DNA of 64,000 nucleotides from Callorhinchus milii (Eukaryota). The position numbers and the translations under genes were made by a program. Under the pieces are notes generated by a model that did not search any database, was not told where the DNA came from, and saw nothing but the letters and a program-made list of their open reading frames with translations. Below, one piece after another: positions 52,235-64,000 of the stretch. Position 1 is the first letter of the stretch. Every line of letters starts with the position of its first letter. The stretch is taken from assembly GCF_018977255.1 (NCBI RefSeq), contig NW_024704743.1, forward strand, positions 42,472,001 to 42,536,000, in the 5' to 3' direction.

Positions 52235-52995
52235 TATGACTCATATGCTGGGCCAATAGAAAAGTGTGGCCACAATTTTTCCGCGTAATCCGCTGTCAGC
52301 AGCACCCTCTGTATTAAAATCACTAAAAAATTTAAGTTTCTGGCATCGGGGCCTCTCTCGCTGTTTGTCCGATACTACTGTAAGCGGAGCAGCTCCGGAT
52401 ATGCATGCGCGGTGAGGCGCAAGCGGGACATGAGCTTCACTACACTTGGAGGCCCCCTGTTGAAATTGTCTGTGTGTCTCTCTCTATGTGTGTTTGTGAG
52501 TGTCTTTGTGTGACTGAGTGTGTCTCTCTCTATTTGTGTATTTATGAGTGTCTTTGTGTGAATGTGTCTGTGTGTCTCTCTCTCCTGTCTCTCTCCCCTC
52601 TATCTGTATGTGTGTTTCTCTGTGCCGGCATGTGTCTCTCCCTGTGTCTCTGAGTGTGTGTCTTACTGTGTGTGTGTGTGTGTCTCTTTCTCTGTCTGTC
52701 GTGTGTGTGTGTGTGTGTCTCTCTCTCTCTGGGTCTCTAGATGGTGAGCTCCTGTAGCCCCGCATTCAGGCCCTGGTCCTGAGTGTCTGTTTTGATGGAT
52801 CTCCAGGACCTTCGGGCCTGCGCTAGCGTGTCATTGCCCACCCCCCCCCCTGACAAATGAGACACCCATTTTTTTGTTAAAGAAGAAATGAATTTAAAAA
52901 ATTGCAATGTGTTATTTCCTCATGTTTTCAAATTTCCCTGCAATGTTTGGCAAACATTTCCACAATTTTCTATTGGCCCATAAGTTAGCCATAAC
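52235..52995. mobile_element. Non-autonomous DNA-transposon-like element with inverted termini and a CpG-rich interior
   Basis: tgggccaatagaaaagtgtgg (52249-52269) versus the reverse complement of 52960-52980: 20/21 match. Confidence 0.6.
52468..52730. repeat. Compound (GT)n/(CT)n microsatellite
   Basis: Directly visible; produces the spurious CV/SL/HT/ER-rich ORFs. Confidence 0.95.
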
Positions 52996-53264
52996 AATAA
53001 ATAGTAAAATCCTCATAAAAGTTCTGTCCCACAGTAACAAATGGATTTTGCAACATAAATATATTACTGAACCAACAGCACAAATTTTGAGGGTTATTTG
53101 ATCACATTCTCTCAAGAGTGCCCACTCTACAACAACAATAACAACAACATGCATTTATTTAGTACCCTTCATGCAGGTCAGTATCTTAGAATGTCCATCC
53201 AACACGGTAACAAGCCGTTTCCTAAATTGTTTCAATCACCCTTTCTGGTTATCTGTTCCAGATG

Positions 53265-53527
53265 TTAATTACCCTTTGTGTAAACCTATTCCACTCTCAT
53301 TTCTCATTCAAATAATAATAAATAAATAACTAAATAAATAATACATTATTATTTCTGATTATTATATTATTATTATTATTTATTACCCTCCACGTAAACC
53401 TATTTGACCCTAAGTTCTCATTCAAATAATACATAAATAAATACATTATTATTTATGATTATTATATTATTATTATTATTTATTACCCTCCACGTAAATC
53501 TATTCAACTCTCATTTATCATTCAAAT
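53265..53527. repeat. AT-rich imperfect tandem repeat of about 115-120 bp, a little over two units
   Basis: ttaccct...gtaaacctatt...tcattcaaat recurs three times; gattattatattattattattatttattaccctccacgtaaa occurs twice. Confidence 0.85.
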
Positions 53528-53641
53528 GGTCAAGGGTAACACCATTTTGGATCACAATTGCTTGCAAATCTCCTGCACAGCCCAAATGGTATCAAAGCAA
53601 CACTTTAAGATGGGACTTATGCTTACTCCAAAGATACATAC

Positions 53642-53734
53642 CTTGGACCAGTGCCACAGCCAATTCTCTCCCCTTTAAAGTACACAGCAACAGTGTATGT
53701 CCTGGCATGAGATGGCCCCACTGTCTGAAGAATT
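53642..53734 (-). CDS. DROSHA: DROSHA exon (dsRBD), 93 nt
   Basis: ILQTVGPSHARTYTVAVYFKGERIGCGTGPS; catcag acceptor, gtatgt donor. Confidence 0.96.
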
Positions 53735-54894
53735 CTGATGGAATAATAAGGGGTTAATTATTATAAAAAATAACTATGCTGAAATCTTCATAGATCCTGC
53801 AATAAACTGTAGAGCACTGCCCAGCTGTGTATGACGCTGGTTACACCACCACAGCCTCTTCCAAAAAATGTAGTGGGAACAGAGGGTCCAGTGAGAGCAC
53901 TTATTTCACCTTAGCTATAAAAAGAAGAAACATTTCTCTGCATGTGAAGCACAAATAGATTTACAAGGCTATTTTCTTCTGTAGTTTAGGAAAGTGCTTT
54001 TTTTTAGGGGGGTGAGGGGCGAAAACAGAAATTTTCTTTTTTCCTTGAAGCAAATTCCTGAAACAAAATCTTTATCAAGCTCTGGTTTGCTCTGTCCTGT
54101 CCTGAAAATGAACTACATTTTGTTACCGGACTTCTTCAGGCTCTCCCAATACAGTACTTAAAAATCCTTTCAAAAAGAGAGAGAAAAATGAAAGCAATTA
54201 AATGCTTCCAGGCACTGCTGCATTGAAACAACCTTGAAGACAAAATAACACATGCACAGAAATAGTGAAAAGTATCGACAGTTCAAAGCACACAGGATAA
54301 AAGACAGAGAGACACCTATAAGTAGAGACACAGAGTACAGAGCCACACAAGGTTATCAACACACAAAGCCTAAGATATAGTGAGTATACCAAGCCTAAGA
54401 CACAGAGAGCAAGCTAAAGAAAGTCAGAGACACATGGAGCCAGACAAACAGGGAAATATAGTGAAAGATTATTAACAGAGCTAGAAAAATCGGCATGGGT
54501 TTTATAGATAACCAGACAATACTGTGTATTTGTATAATGAGAGATGCTAGGTAAGAAATGCTGAGAGAAAAAGAGAGATATAGAGCAGGAGAGAGAGAAA
54601 AGAGGAAGGTGAAAGAGAGGGAGAGGGGAAGAGGGAGAGGAAGAGGGGTTATTTATCCCTTTTACATTCACTGAATATACAATACAATTTCTGCATAAAC
54701 AGCTCTGGTATCAATTAATTTAATAAGGTAATGAAAGTAATGCAAGTATGCTTCGATATGATTATAACTCTTGAATCAATTAAAATATATGAGAGTGGAG
54801 AGACGCGTAAAGCTTTCAGCACATGTCCAATAAATACACAGCGAACAATGACTATTTTGAGCATTAGAGGTATCTCATCAAAGATGAGACTCAC

Positions 54895-54998
54895 TTGTAC
54901 AGAGGGATGTCTGGCTCTTTACCCTCTGTTCGAAGGGTCAGGCAACACTGTTGAAGTTGAGACTTGGGATCATTCCAATCCTGGTTTAGGATAAACTC
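54895..54998 (-). CDS. DROSHA: DROSHA exon (start of dsRBD), 104 nt
   Basis: EFILNQDWNDPKSQLQQCCLTLRTEGKEPDIPLYK; gtgcag acceptor, gtgagt donor. Confidence 0.96.
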
Positions 54999-56803
54999 CT
55001 GCACAGGCAACAAAAATGAAACATCAAATCAAGTTGATGTTGTATTTGATATAGAACCTTATCATGTCAACAAGACATCACAGAGAGCTTCACAGGAGAT
55101 ACTGTAAAGGCTGTGTGTATTTATGGGCAAAATCCTTTGCATGAATAATTCCCTCGACCCTTGAATCATTGAACATTCTGACAGACATTGGAAACTCAGA
55201 ATGAAATATACATCGGTCAACAAATACTTATTGCAAAACTTCCCACACGTGCCTTAGAAGCAGACACAGAGCTCAACATAGCATAGGATTTACACAACAG
55301 TGGAATTTTGATTAACTGCCATAATATTGATGGTAAATGTCCACTACGAGAGACAGGCAGGCTCTGTGTTCGGCACAAAGCCTAACATGTTTTTCAGAGA
55401 GATTCTGTACCATATGGCCATCTTGCTCTGCTCAAAGAAAAGCTCAGTTTGATTTCCAGGAATAAAGACAAGACTGTATCTCAAGTCTTATTGATGAGTC
55501 AGGCAGATAAATGTCAACCACATTGTTCTAGCTCTCTCACACGGCGACACAATTGAATTTCCTCTGGCCCACAAATTCCATCGCAGTGCTGCACTGCTCA
55601 AAAAAAACCTTGCCTTTCCATCTCATCCTGACATACATTTCTCCACTGTTAGTCAGGACAGGGCACCCTATCAGATGGAAGAGAACAGTGCAGATAAGAG
55701 TGGGCGTCTTAAGAGTGGGTGGTTAACTGTGGTTTTCCTTGAGTAGAGCAAGATGGCTAATAAAGAGAAACAATGACAACTCTGGTGGAGTCAGCACGAA
55801 TAGAGACAGGCGCTAGTCTTTTAATTAAGTGCATGGACATTCTGTGGAGTAAGGGAGAAATGAAATCTGAACCCGAGTGGGAGAGAGAGCGAGGGAGGAG
55901 GCAGGACTCGGTGTCTTAGTGAATTAGATAGTGGTAGCAATAGCACCTTCATTCCAGGACGAACTGGTGATGTTGAGCAACATTTGTTTTTAACTTATAA
56001 ATTATTAATGTTTGACTTGCTATTGCTTGATTGTTTGAATTGAGCGACTAGGGATATACCTCAGGCCATTTTGGCAGCTCTGTAGGTTGCGCATCAGTCT
56101 TTGGACTGTAGCCCTGCTCAGCCCTCCGCTCTTTCCAGGTTAAAAAAAAGTGTATTACATCTTTTTAAAAATCCATCTGGGAGAAAGGCAGCTAAACGAG
56201 GTCTCCCTGGAGTTCCATTGGTTCCATGCCTGCGAAAGCTAGGGACTATGCGGGTATCCAGACCATTGATTGACCTTCCCGACTCATCAATAAAAATTAG
56301 GATATAGTCTTGGCTTTAATTCTGCAAGTCAAAGCTCTGAGAGCTAGGTATTGCTCCTAGCTGGACAAAAAAAAAACTTGTCTTTCCGTCTGAGCCTGAT
56401 ATGTGTTTCTCCACTGTTAGGTCAGGACGGGGCATTCTATCAAGTGGAAGAAACCAATGCAGCATTGCCCCAATACTGCACTTGAGTGTCAACCTAGACT
56501 GTGAGCTCTAAATCCCAACGTGAAGCTATACATGTGGCTTGTTTATTGTAGTAATATGTTGCAGAGTTAAATTGTTTACATAGCTGTTTAGCACTACTTC
56601 TAATGGACTGAAGTATTAGTAGTTTGCCAATAGGACAAACTAAGTGAAATGACAGGTTTCTGCTTTTAACACATGAGAACTGCAAAAAGATCTCCGGGCT
56701 GCAAAACCCACAATCAACTGAAAATAGTCAACACAGGTAGAGAGAATTTAATAAAGCTAAACACGCAGAGTAAAAGTAAACAAGTGAGGCAGCGCATACT
56801 AAC

Positions 56804-56886
56804 CTTCAATCGTGGGAAGAAACATACATTCATGAAAGTACGGACAAATTCCAGCTCCTGGTCGATGTAAAGTGCTGCTATGAATG
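56804..56886 (-). CDS. DROSHA: DROSHA exon (end of RNase IIIb), 83 nt
   Basis: SFIAALYIDQELEFVRTFMNVCFFPRLK; ttttcag acceptor, gttagt donor. Confidence 0.95.
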
Positions 56887-56939
56887 CTGAAAACAGTAAT
56901 TAGAGCTGGGCTGTTAAATTATTTTCTATAATTTACTTT

Positions 56940-57173
56940 CAAGTTTCTTTACTCCACTCGCCTGATAATAAACCCTCAAGAAAAAAAAACGATAATAAAT
57001 TGGTCACTTCAATCCATGACTGTTTGTGGGACACTGCTGTGCACAATTGGCTGCCGCGTTTTGGCCACAAATATACAGTCAATTCACTTTATAATATATT
57101 CTAAGAAGCGCTTTGAGACGTCCAGAAGACGTGAAAAGCGCTATATCAAATGCAAGGATTATTATTATTATTA
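56940..57173 (+). mobile_element. 5'-truncated SINE about 54 nt from a DROSHA splice acceptor
   Basis: Family match from caagtttc..tactccac to (tta)n. Confidence 0.92.
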
Positions 57174-57769
57174 AGTCCATCACTCACCCAACTCTAGCCT
57201 GTGACTCTACTGCTCAAGCCACAGAGCAAACACTGGTGTGATCTGTGTCGCTGCCCATCTCCCCAATCATCAGAGTGCGACTTTTAGCCATTCTGCCCTG
57301 CTCTCTGGAACTAAACCACCATAAGGCTTCTTTTCAACCGTGCTTTTGCCCCCTCCCCCAAATTCTGGTTCTTAGTCAACTCTCAACATAGAAATTGCCG
57401 CTATTAAATGTTATGACAGGTATTTGGCATGCTATGTTTTATGTTTAATCCAGATAGCTTCAAATCACTCTGGTTCAAATTGTTTAAAAAAATTAGACCC
57501 AAATACAGTATAAATACGTGAGAAATCATTAAACCTCCATATTTTTATAATAACGAAACCCTTGTTTTTGATATAACTTCTTATCATGTCATCAAAATGT
57601 CTTGAAAGGCTTTGTAGGACTTAAGAGTGTAACCACTGTATTATGTAGGGGAATGCGGCAACCGATTTGTACACAGCAATGTCCCTTAAATAGTCACAAA
57701 AAGAATGACAAATTTTATCTGGGGGATTGTTGGCTGGGAGAAACGTTTTTCCCATTCGCTGGGAGTTTT

Positions 57770-58090
57770 ATCAGCCTAGCTCAGCTGGTAGCACTCTCAA
57801 CTCCAAGTCAGAAGATTTGGGGTTCAAGCCTCACATTGGCACTTTGAACTCACATTGTCCAGGCTGACACTCCCATGCATTGTTGACCTTCGATGAGACA
57901 TTAATGTACTGTTTGCCTATTCAGGTGGACATTAAAGAACCCATGGCACTACTTAAAAAGTGAAGGAAGGTAGTTTCTCCAGATGTCCTATCCAGTAATC
58001 CACCAAATAAAACTGGTCATTCACTTCATGTCTGTTTATAGGACATTGCTGTATGCAAATTAGTTTTAGAGTTCACCTAAAAATACAGGC
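57770..58090 (+). mobile_element. Older Deu-domain-type SINE
   Basis: tagctcagctggtagcactctc head, caggtggacattaaagaacccatggcact core. Confidence 0.72.
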
Positions 58091-58116
58091 GCCACTGTTC
58101 AGTGATGGTGCTTTTC

Positions 58117-58335
58117 AACAACAACAACAAGTTACATTTGTAGAGCGCCTTTCAAGTCGAGAGGACTTCTGAAAGCGTTGGCCAGTCAAGGATGTGCACC
58201 CGAGCTGGGGGTTGGGATCAGAAAAGGTGGAAAGCTACGAGTGGGGGTAGAAGGGTGACCAAAGGCATAGTCAAAGAGGAAGGTCTTGAGAACAGGCCTT
58301 GAAGGAGACAAGGGAGGGGCAAGGCGGAAGGACTG
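58117..58335 (-). mobile_element. L2-type LINE 3' end
   Basis: Same 3' tail and UTR as the copies at 3301, 33157 and 43905. Confidence 0.82.
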
Positions 58336-58479
58336 TTTTCAGTGATGGATTGAAAGCGAAAAAGATCAAAGTAAAATAATGCAACAGACAAAAGAAATCA
58401 GTGATATATTAGAATGAGGTGAAGGGGAGCCTCTTGCTGTTATTTAACATGATATGATAAGAAGGTGGCCTACACTTAC

Positions 58480-58621
58480 ATTCCAGCAGGTCAGCCAAAG
58501 TCTTGGTTCGTAGTGCTACTGGCCTTTTGGTTTTATCATTAGTGATGGCAAAGTCCTGCATGCCTAGTTCTTCTGCCACTTTGGCTTGAGTACGGTTATT
58601 CACCAGAGAACTTCGTAGCAG
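58480..58621 (-). CDS. DROSHA: DROSHA exon (RNase IIIb), 142 nt
   Basis: LLRSSLVNNRTQAKVAEELGMQDFAITNDKTKRPVALRTKTLADLLE; catalytic DxxE intact; ttgcag acceptor, gtaagt donor. Confidence 0.97.
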
Positions 58622-59239
58622 CTGCAAAAGAACAGAGCAAACAACTCACTGTAGCTTTTCAGTCTAATTAAAGCACCTTCAATTGAATCTACAAAGGGTG
58701 AAATATCGCTATTTCTGAAATAGATTAGATTTCATTGAAAGTACACTTTATTTCAAAAGGAACAATCGTTAGGGAAACATTTTTTTTTAATCTAAGGTAT
58801 CCTTAAAATCCTGGATTTATTCAGAATTGTTCTGCAAGTGGGACAGATTCACTAATTACTGTAGCCTTATTGTGCCCACTGCTCGTATTGATAAACGTAT
58901 ATTAAAAACCTCACATTTTGTTAAAACACACTTTCATTAAATTATAGTCATACTTACAAACTACTTAAATGTTTGAAAGCCTTTAGTTAAATCATCAATA
59001 GATAAACATTCAAAGACACTTAATTTAGCAATGGCAAATAATGGGTCCAACATTCTTTCGTTTATAGCTTTCAGGAATAAAGGATGACATGCGCATAAAT
59101 TTGGGAAAGATAGGTTGTAAATATAATGTGACAGAAAATGCACTAAATATCAACCAACAGTTCCTACAATAATCCCTTTGGGAAGATTCACTCATTAATC
59201 ATAAAATGAAATCTTCCCCTTTTTAAATCCAGTAAAGGA

Positions 59240-59430
59240 CCTATTATGCACCACATGTAAACCGTATGTAAATATGTGCATTATGTCTCATTTGTAATCA
59301 ATAGGTAGACTTGTGGATTAGGTCTGATATGTAAACATACATTATGCCCCATATGTAACCAATATGTGAATTATGTCTCATTTGTAAACTGTGTGTGGAA
59401 AAATATACATTATGTCCCATATGCAAGTCT
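59240..59430. repeat. Degenerate minisatellite (attatgtctcatttgtaa / cattatgYcccatatg units)
   Basis: Recurring motifs visible by eye. Confidence 0.6.
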
Positions 59431-59892
59431 ATTATAAACCCATGGCTATTATTGTGTCTAGTGGAAAATGTGTATACAGCGGCATTACAAGTGCCCTTAA
59501 TCATGTCAATAACCCATCCTTTTCACTTCTACAAGGTATACACAACTTTGAAGTCCAAATGAAGTACTCTTGGTTCAATGTGCAGTACTCTCAATTGGGC
59601 AGTGCTCTGAGAGATCTCATGAACGTCCTTTAAGGTTTTAACAAGTTAATGGGAACTTTCCTCCCATTCGCTCCAAATTTCACCTTGGGTGTCTGATAGG
59701 AAGACTGATAGGAACTCTGAAGATGGACAATTTGGACCAAACTCCAGAGGTTCCATCTCCTGTTTCCCCCTAAATTGAGGCTGACATTAGTAAGTACAGG
59801 AATGTTGGATCCATTACACAGCCACTTCCCGAACAACTCATCTCTCAACTAAAATATCACCAAGGAATGGACAATGCCCGCTCGTCTCTCAC

Positions 59893-59998
59893 CGTTAAGT
59901 GCCCCTCGTGGTGGTCCGGGAAATGTATGAATAAGTACTCAGTGGCTACCAATTGCATTATCGAGTCACCGAGGAATTCCATCCTCTGATTGTGACCT
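59893..59998 (-). CDS. DROSHA: DROSHA exon with the RNase IIIb signature, 106 nt
   Basis: GHNQRMEFLGDSIMQLVATEYLFIHFPDHHEGHLT; RNase III ExLGD motif intact; tttttag acceptor, gtgaga donor. Confidence 0.97.
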
Positions 59999-61279
59999 CT
60001 AAAAAAGAGATCAACGTTGTTACAATCAATAAGCACTTTGGAAGCTACAAAATTAAATTGAAAGGCACTCAAATTACGTTACTTTGCTGTAATTACATGG
60101 ACCAAAGAGCATTTGCAGTCAAGATCCAAACTGATTTTTGTGCATTAACTTCCCAATCAGCAGCGGTCCCTTCTGTAATAGTCCCGTTCAGTGTATATAC
60201 CCAGTCTTACATTACAATTTCAGACTTAACAGCTCCCTTTTGTAGCTAACCTGCTGTTCTTGGCATGAAACAGTCCTCGTAAAGATTCACTGAGAGGCTT
60301 TTATAGCTCAACTGCAGACGTTGGATTATTATACTGTATTAAGTAAGATGATTTGATTCAGTTCAACTATGTTATTTGGGAGCATTTGTGGAAATTTTAC
60401 TTGGCAGCTGTCTTCCAGCAAACCAGCAAAAATGTACCGTCTCTGATTGTGGGATGTCTTTCAGTCATAGAAAACACTGTCAACAATGAAATTAGTTCTC
60501 CGAATGTCTGTGGAACAGGAAGAGACCCCAAGCGCTCCATATGAGGAAATTGCCTGCGGAAAAGTTCATGACAAGAGTAAATGTGATTTTTGGCGTTCTC
60601 AATCATGCAAAGAATATGCCTCAAAATTAAAAGAGCAAAGTTGGGGTTGAAAAGGGATTCGTCAGGAAATAATAATAATCTTTGCATTTGATGTACCGCC
60701 TTTTCACGTTGTTGAGACATCTTAAAGCACTTCACAGAATATAAAGTGAATTGATTGTATATTTTATGGGCCAAAGGAAATTATGTAAATGCTGCCTCGG
60801 GAGATAAAATGTGGCTCCTTCAGGAAACCTCATGTACACCACAATGAATCACAGGGCTCCGTGTAGATCGGAGCTGAGCTCTTGTGAGTCAGCATGATGT
60901 ACAAGGGATGCCTTTTTTGACACGAGGACCCATTTTATATTGAAGTGTTCCTGATGAACGATTTTTCAACCCCAATGATCGTAGACTGATAGTACAGAAA
61001 GCTTCACGGTAGCAAGCACTTGAAAAATGGCAGTGCATTGTCCCCTTAGCAGACTGAATATTTGCTGGAACAAATGGGGAATTGCTCATTATAAGCACAC
61101 AATCACAAAGGTCAGTGAATGTACTGCCAAACAGACGATAACTGTGAATCATGCCTGGGATTACGGCCTTTGTTGGGAGTCAGAATATCATTTGCAAGGC
61201 AGTGAACAATTGTCATAAAAACAAAACAAATCCACGTATTTGGGATTGATATTTGATAATGCCAGACTGGACTAGTTGT

Positions 61280-61869
61280 AGAATGTTGTATAGAGTGTTA
61301 GTCAAATCCTACATGCAGTACTGCGATCAGTTTTGGGCACCACACCTCAGGAAAGATATATTGGCCCTGGAGGGGGTGCAGCGCAGGTTCACCAGAATGT
61401 TACCAGGCCTAAAAGGGTTAAGTTACGAGGAAAGGCTGCGCAAACTTGGATTGTATTCCCTTGAGTTTATAAGGTTGAGGGGTGATTTGATTGAGGTATT
61501 TAAGATGATAAAGGCGTTTGAGAGGATAGATATAGAGAAGCTATTACCTCTGGTGGGGGAATCCAAAACAAGAGGACAGAGTCTTAAAATTAGAACCAGG
61601 CCATATAAGAGTGAAATCAGGAAGCATTTTTTCACTCAAAGGATGGTAGAAATCTGGAATTCTCTCCCCCACAAGGCTGTGAATCCATCCACACCTTCAA
61701 GAGCGAGGTTGATAGATTTTTGGTAGGTCAAGGTATTAAGGGATATGGGGAGAAAGCGAGAAATTGGAATTGAAAGGATTAGTTGCGGTACAGATTAGTC
61801 ATGATCTAATTAAATGTCGGAACAGGCTCGAAGGGCTGAATGGCCTCCTCCTGTTCCTATGTTCCTATG
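61280..61869 (+). mobile_element. CR1 LINE 3' fragment (ORF2 C-terminus, 3'UTR, gttcctat tail), relatively young
   Basis: ORF 61253..61726 reads YCDQFWAPHLRKDILALEGVQRRFTRMLPGLKGLSYEERLRKLGLYSLE..RLRGDLIEVFK. Confidence 0.93.
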
Positions 61870-62364
61870 TAGAATAAACAGCATCCGTCACTGCCATTAT
61901 GCACACAGGATTTCAGCCTGAAATAAAACATGTTAACAGAATATCTGAGGATTGGAAAGCATACTTTCTAATAGATTCAAACAGGAAACAACATTTTACA
62001 AATAAAAGCTGCTCACATCTTCTCTTAGGGTTTTGAGCTGCAGTCATCTAAAGAAGGGTCACGCATGTGCACTAACTTTTATTGCTCTACGTTGCTGGAG
62101 TGAAGTTGATGGATTTGACTTGAGATCCATAAGCCTACAACTGGGGCTAAGGGATTAAAGTACACTTGGGAACAACAACTTATTCCTTAGGATCTTAACT
62201 CAATAGCTGCTGCATACATGCACACTTGTGACTAGAAAAAGCATTGTAGCAGATTTGTAGCATGCTATTTTCAAGATCTGAAATGTTTGTTTACAACACT
62301 AAATGGGATTCTAATATCATCAGGCAGAAATAATAGCAGATTTAACGAAACATTCACTACAGAG

Positions 62365-63014
62365 GTTAGGGGAGTGGGATGTGAAAACTCAGTGGCCGAT
62401 GGTGGCACAGAAAGTGTGGGAGACGCATAAAAGGCCAGAGTTATTCGAGCGGAGGGAGCAAGCAGAGACATTTAGACTCAATTAAAAGGTACCTCAAATC
62501 AATATGTCAAAACAAACCTATTGTGAAAATTACCCACTGCATCCTGCTTCTACTCTGCACAATTCAATTAACACCGTCTAGAGCTTTCCTAAAATCATTG
62601 TGTTATTTAGTAAATTGGATCTAGTCCTGTTAACAATTAGCCTTTGAGTCTCATAATAAATGAAAACACAGGACAACTACAAAAAACATCTATTTATATA
62701 ATGCCGGGCACATGTCGGAGCACTTTACAAGAACAGAGTCAGATGCTGAGCAAGGGAGAGGGGAAAGGGGGAGGTGGCCACAAATGCATTTGAAGAGATA
62801 TGTTTTAACGCAGGACTTAAAGACACACAGAGAGGGTATAAGACGGAGGGGCTTTCAGATGTTAGGGGAGTTGGATCTGAAAACTCATTGGCCGATGGTG
62901 GCACAGAGAGTGGGGGGAGACTCACAACAGACCAGAGTTAGCCGAGCGGCGAGAGCAAGCAGAGGAGTTTAGACCCAATTAAAAGGTATCTCAAATCAAT
63001 AGGTCAAAACAAAC
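62365..63014. repeat. Diverged ~155-bp direct duplication (62365-62517 and 62861-63014)
   Basis: Both copies share L2-derived sequence plus the same flank caattaaaaggtaYctcaaatcaata.gtcaaaacaaac. Confidence 0.85.
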
Positions 63015-63369
63015 ACTTTAAAAATAAATGCATAAAATTAATAAAATCTCAGCAAGTTGGCACTGGGGAATATTACATGAGATGTGATGTATTGAATAAT
63101 TGAGAACGATTGAAGAATTCTCTGTAAAATTTAGTATTGGTTGTTAATTGTACAATTATGGGCTTCTGCAATTCCTTCACTACACAAGATTAGCACAACC
63201 TGCACAGCAGAAATGGTTTGCACCACTCAGATAATAGACCCCAAAATAAGACAATTTGTTTCCAAACAAAAAAAAGCTTCAGCCCTCTACATTTGGATTT
63301 AAGATTCAATATAATACAAACATTGCACTGGGCATAAGGATGTGTTACCATGGTACAGTCTGGACTTAC

Positions 63370-63527
63370 AGAGTTAAATGGTTGTATCCAACAGTGCGTA
63401 GGGTAAAGGCTCGAGCCAGAAGCCGTATGTGGGTAAAATCAACTCCAATTATTTCTTCAAACTCAGTTAGTTTCTTTAGAACAGGAGACGTGTTGATCAG
63501 GGGTCTGTCAGAATGTGACTCCTGCAG
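63370..63527 (-). CDS. DROSHA: DROSHA exon (start of RNase IIIb region), 158 nt
   Basis: aatcag acceptor, gtaagt donor on -; LQESHSDRPLINTSPVLKKLTEFEEIIGVDFTHIRLLARAFTLRTVGYNHLTL. Upstream exons are not seen in the window. Confidence 0.96.
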
Positions 63528-64000
63528 CTGATTCAAGGGGAGAAAATAACATTTCAATTAATATTTCACAATCCCACTTTACAGATTGGAACCATTTATT
63601 TATTCATCTCCAGTCACACCAATTGTCAATCACACCCATCCAGTCACAGTCACACACATATCTGCCCGGGTACACATTTTATATTCTGATTATACTTCAT
63701 TGAATATGTATACACACATATATCTGATGCTAAGCAAATGTAATGTACATTTGTGCGCGCGCACACACACAGTAAGCTAAGAAAAAAAAATAATTTTGAT
63801 TCAAAAATTTTTTGCCTAATATTGTTGACAAATAAAGGGCATTAGTGCATATGGATGTTTTTTCTCCCCCAACTGCTCCCAACGTTCTCCTCTCCTAAAA
63901 TCCATTTTCCTTCCATTGTGGAAGCGATTTATCGGCATTTGATATTATCCTTGCTCAAATGACAATCATCATAGTTGGAAGGCAATTCTGCCATAGAGGA

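Noticed and set aside
52405..52765. Cys/Val-rich and His/Thr/Arg-rich ORFs
   Set aside because: Translations of a dinucleotide microsatellite
61253..61726. 157-aa ORF as a host gene
   Set aside because: Truncated CR1 ORF2 C-terminus, with a small deletion relative to the copy at 3932 that shifts the frame near its end

Overview
Eukaryotic vertebrate genomic DNA, most likely a cartilaginous fish and possibly a holocephalan; the taxon is inferred from the SINE/L2/CR1 content and is not proven. The window holds the 3' ends of two convergent genes. On + is a type II classical cadherin matching CDH6 (last five coding exons, 4976-10211, probable ~5 kb 3'UTR to ~15255). On - is DROSHA (last eight coding exons, 63527 down to 36606, encoding RNase IIIb, the dsRBD and the C-terminus; probable 3'UTR to ~35450). 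All the exon boundaries traced are canonical GT-AG and in phase. Most of the supplied ORF track is noise from SINE/L2/CR1 repeats. Repeats include a young tRNA-Ala-derived SINE, older Deu-type SINEs, L2 and CR1 LINE fragments, two MITE-like elements and local duplications. The most striking unexplained structure is an ungapped 130-bp inverted repeat (119/130 match, 554-nt spacer) in the last DROSHA intron. DROSHA also carries a hairpin-rich MITE in its probable 3'UTR and inverted SINEs bracketing an in-frame 327-nt four-exon block. These suggest possible RNA-structure regulation of DROSHA itself, which is a hypothesis only. There are no prokaryotic features such as CRISPR or operons.
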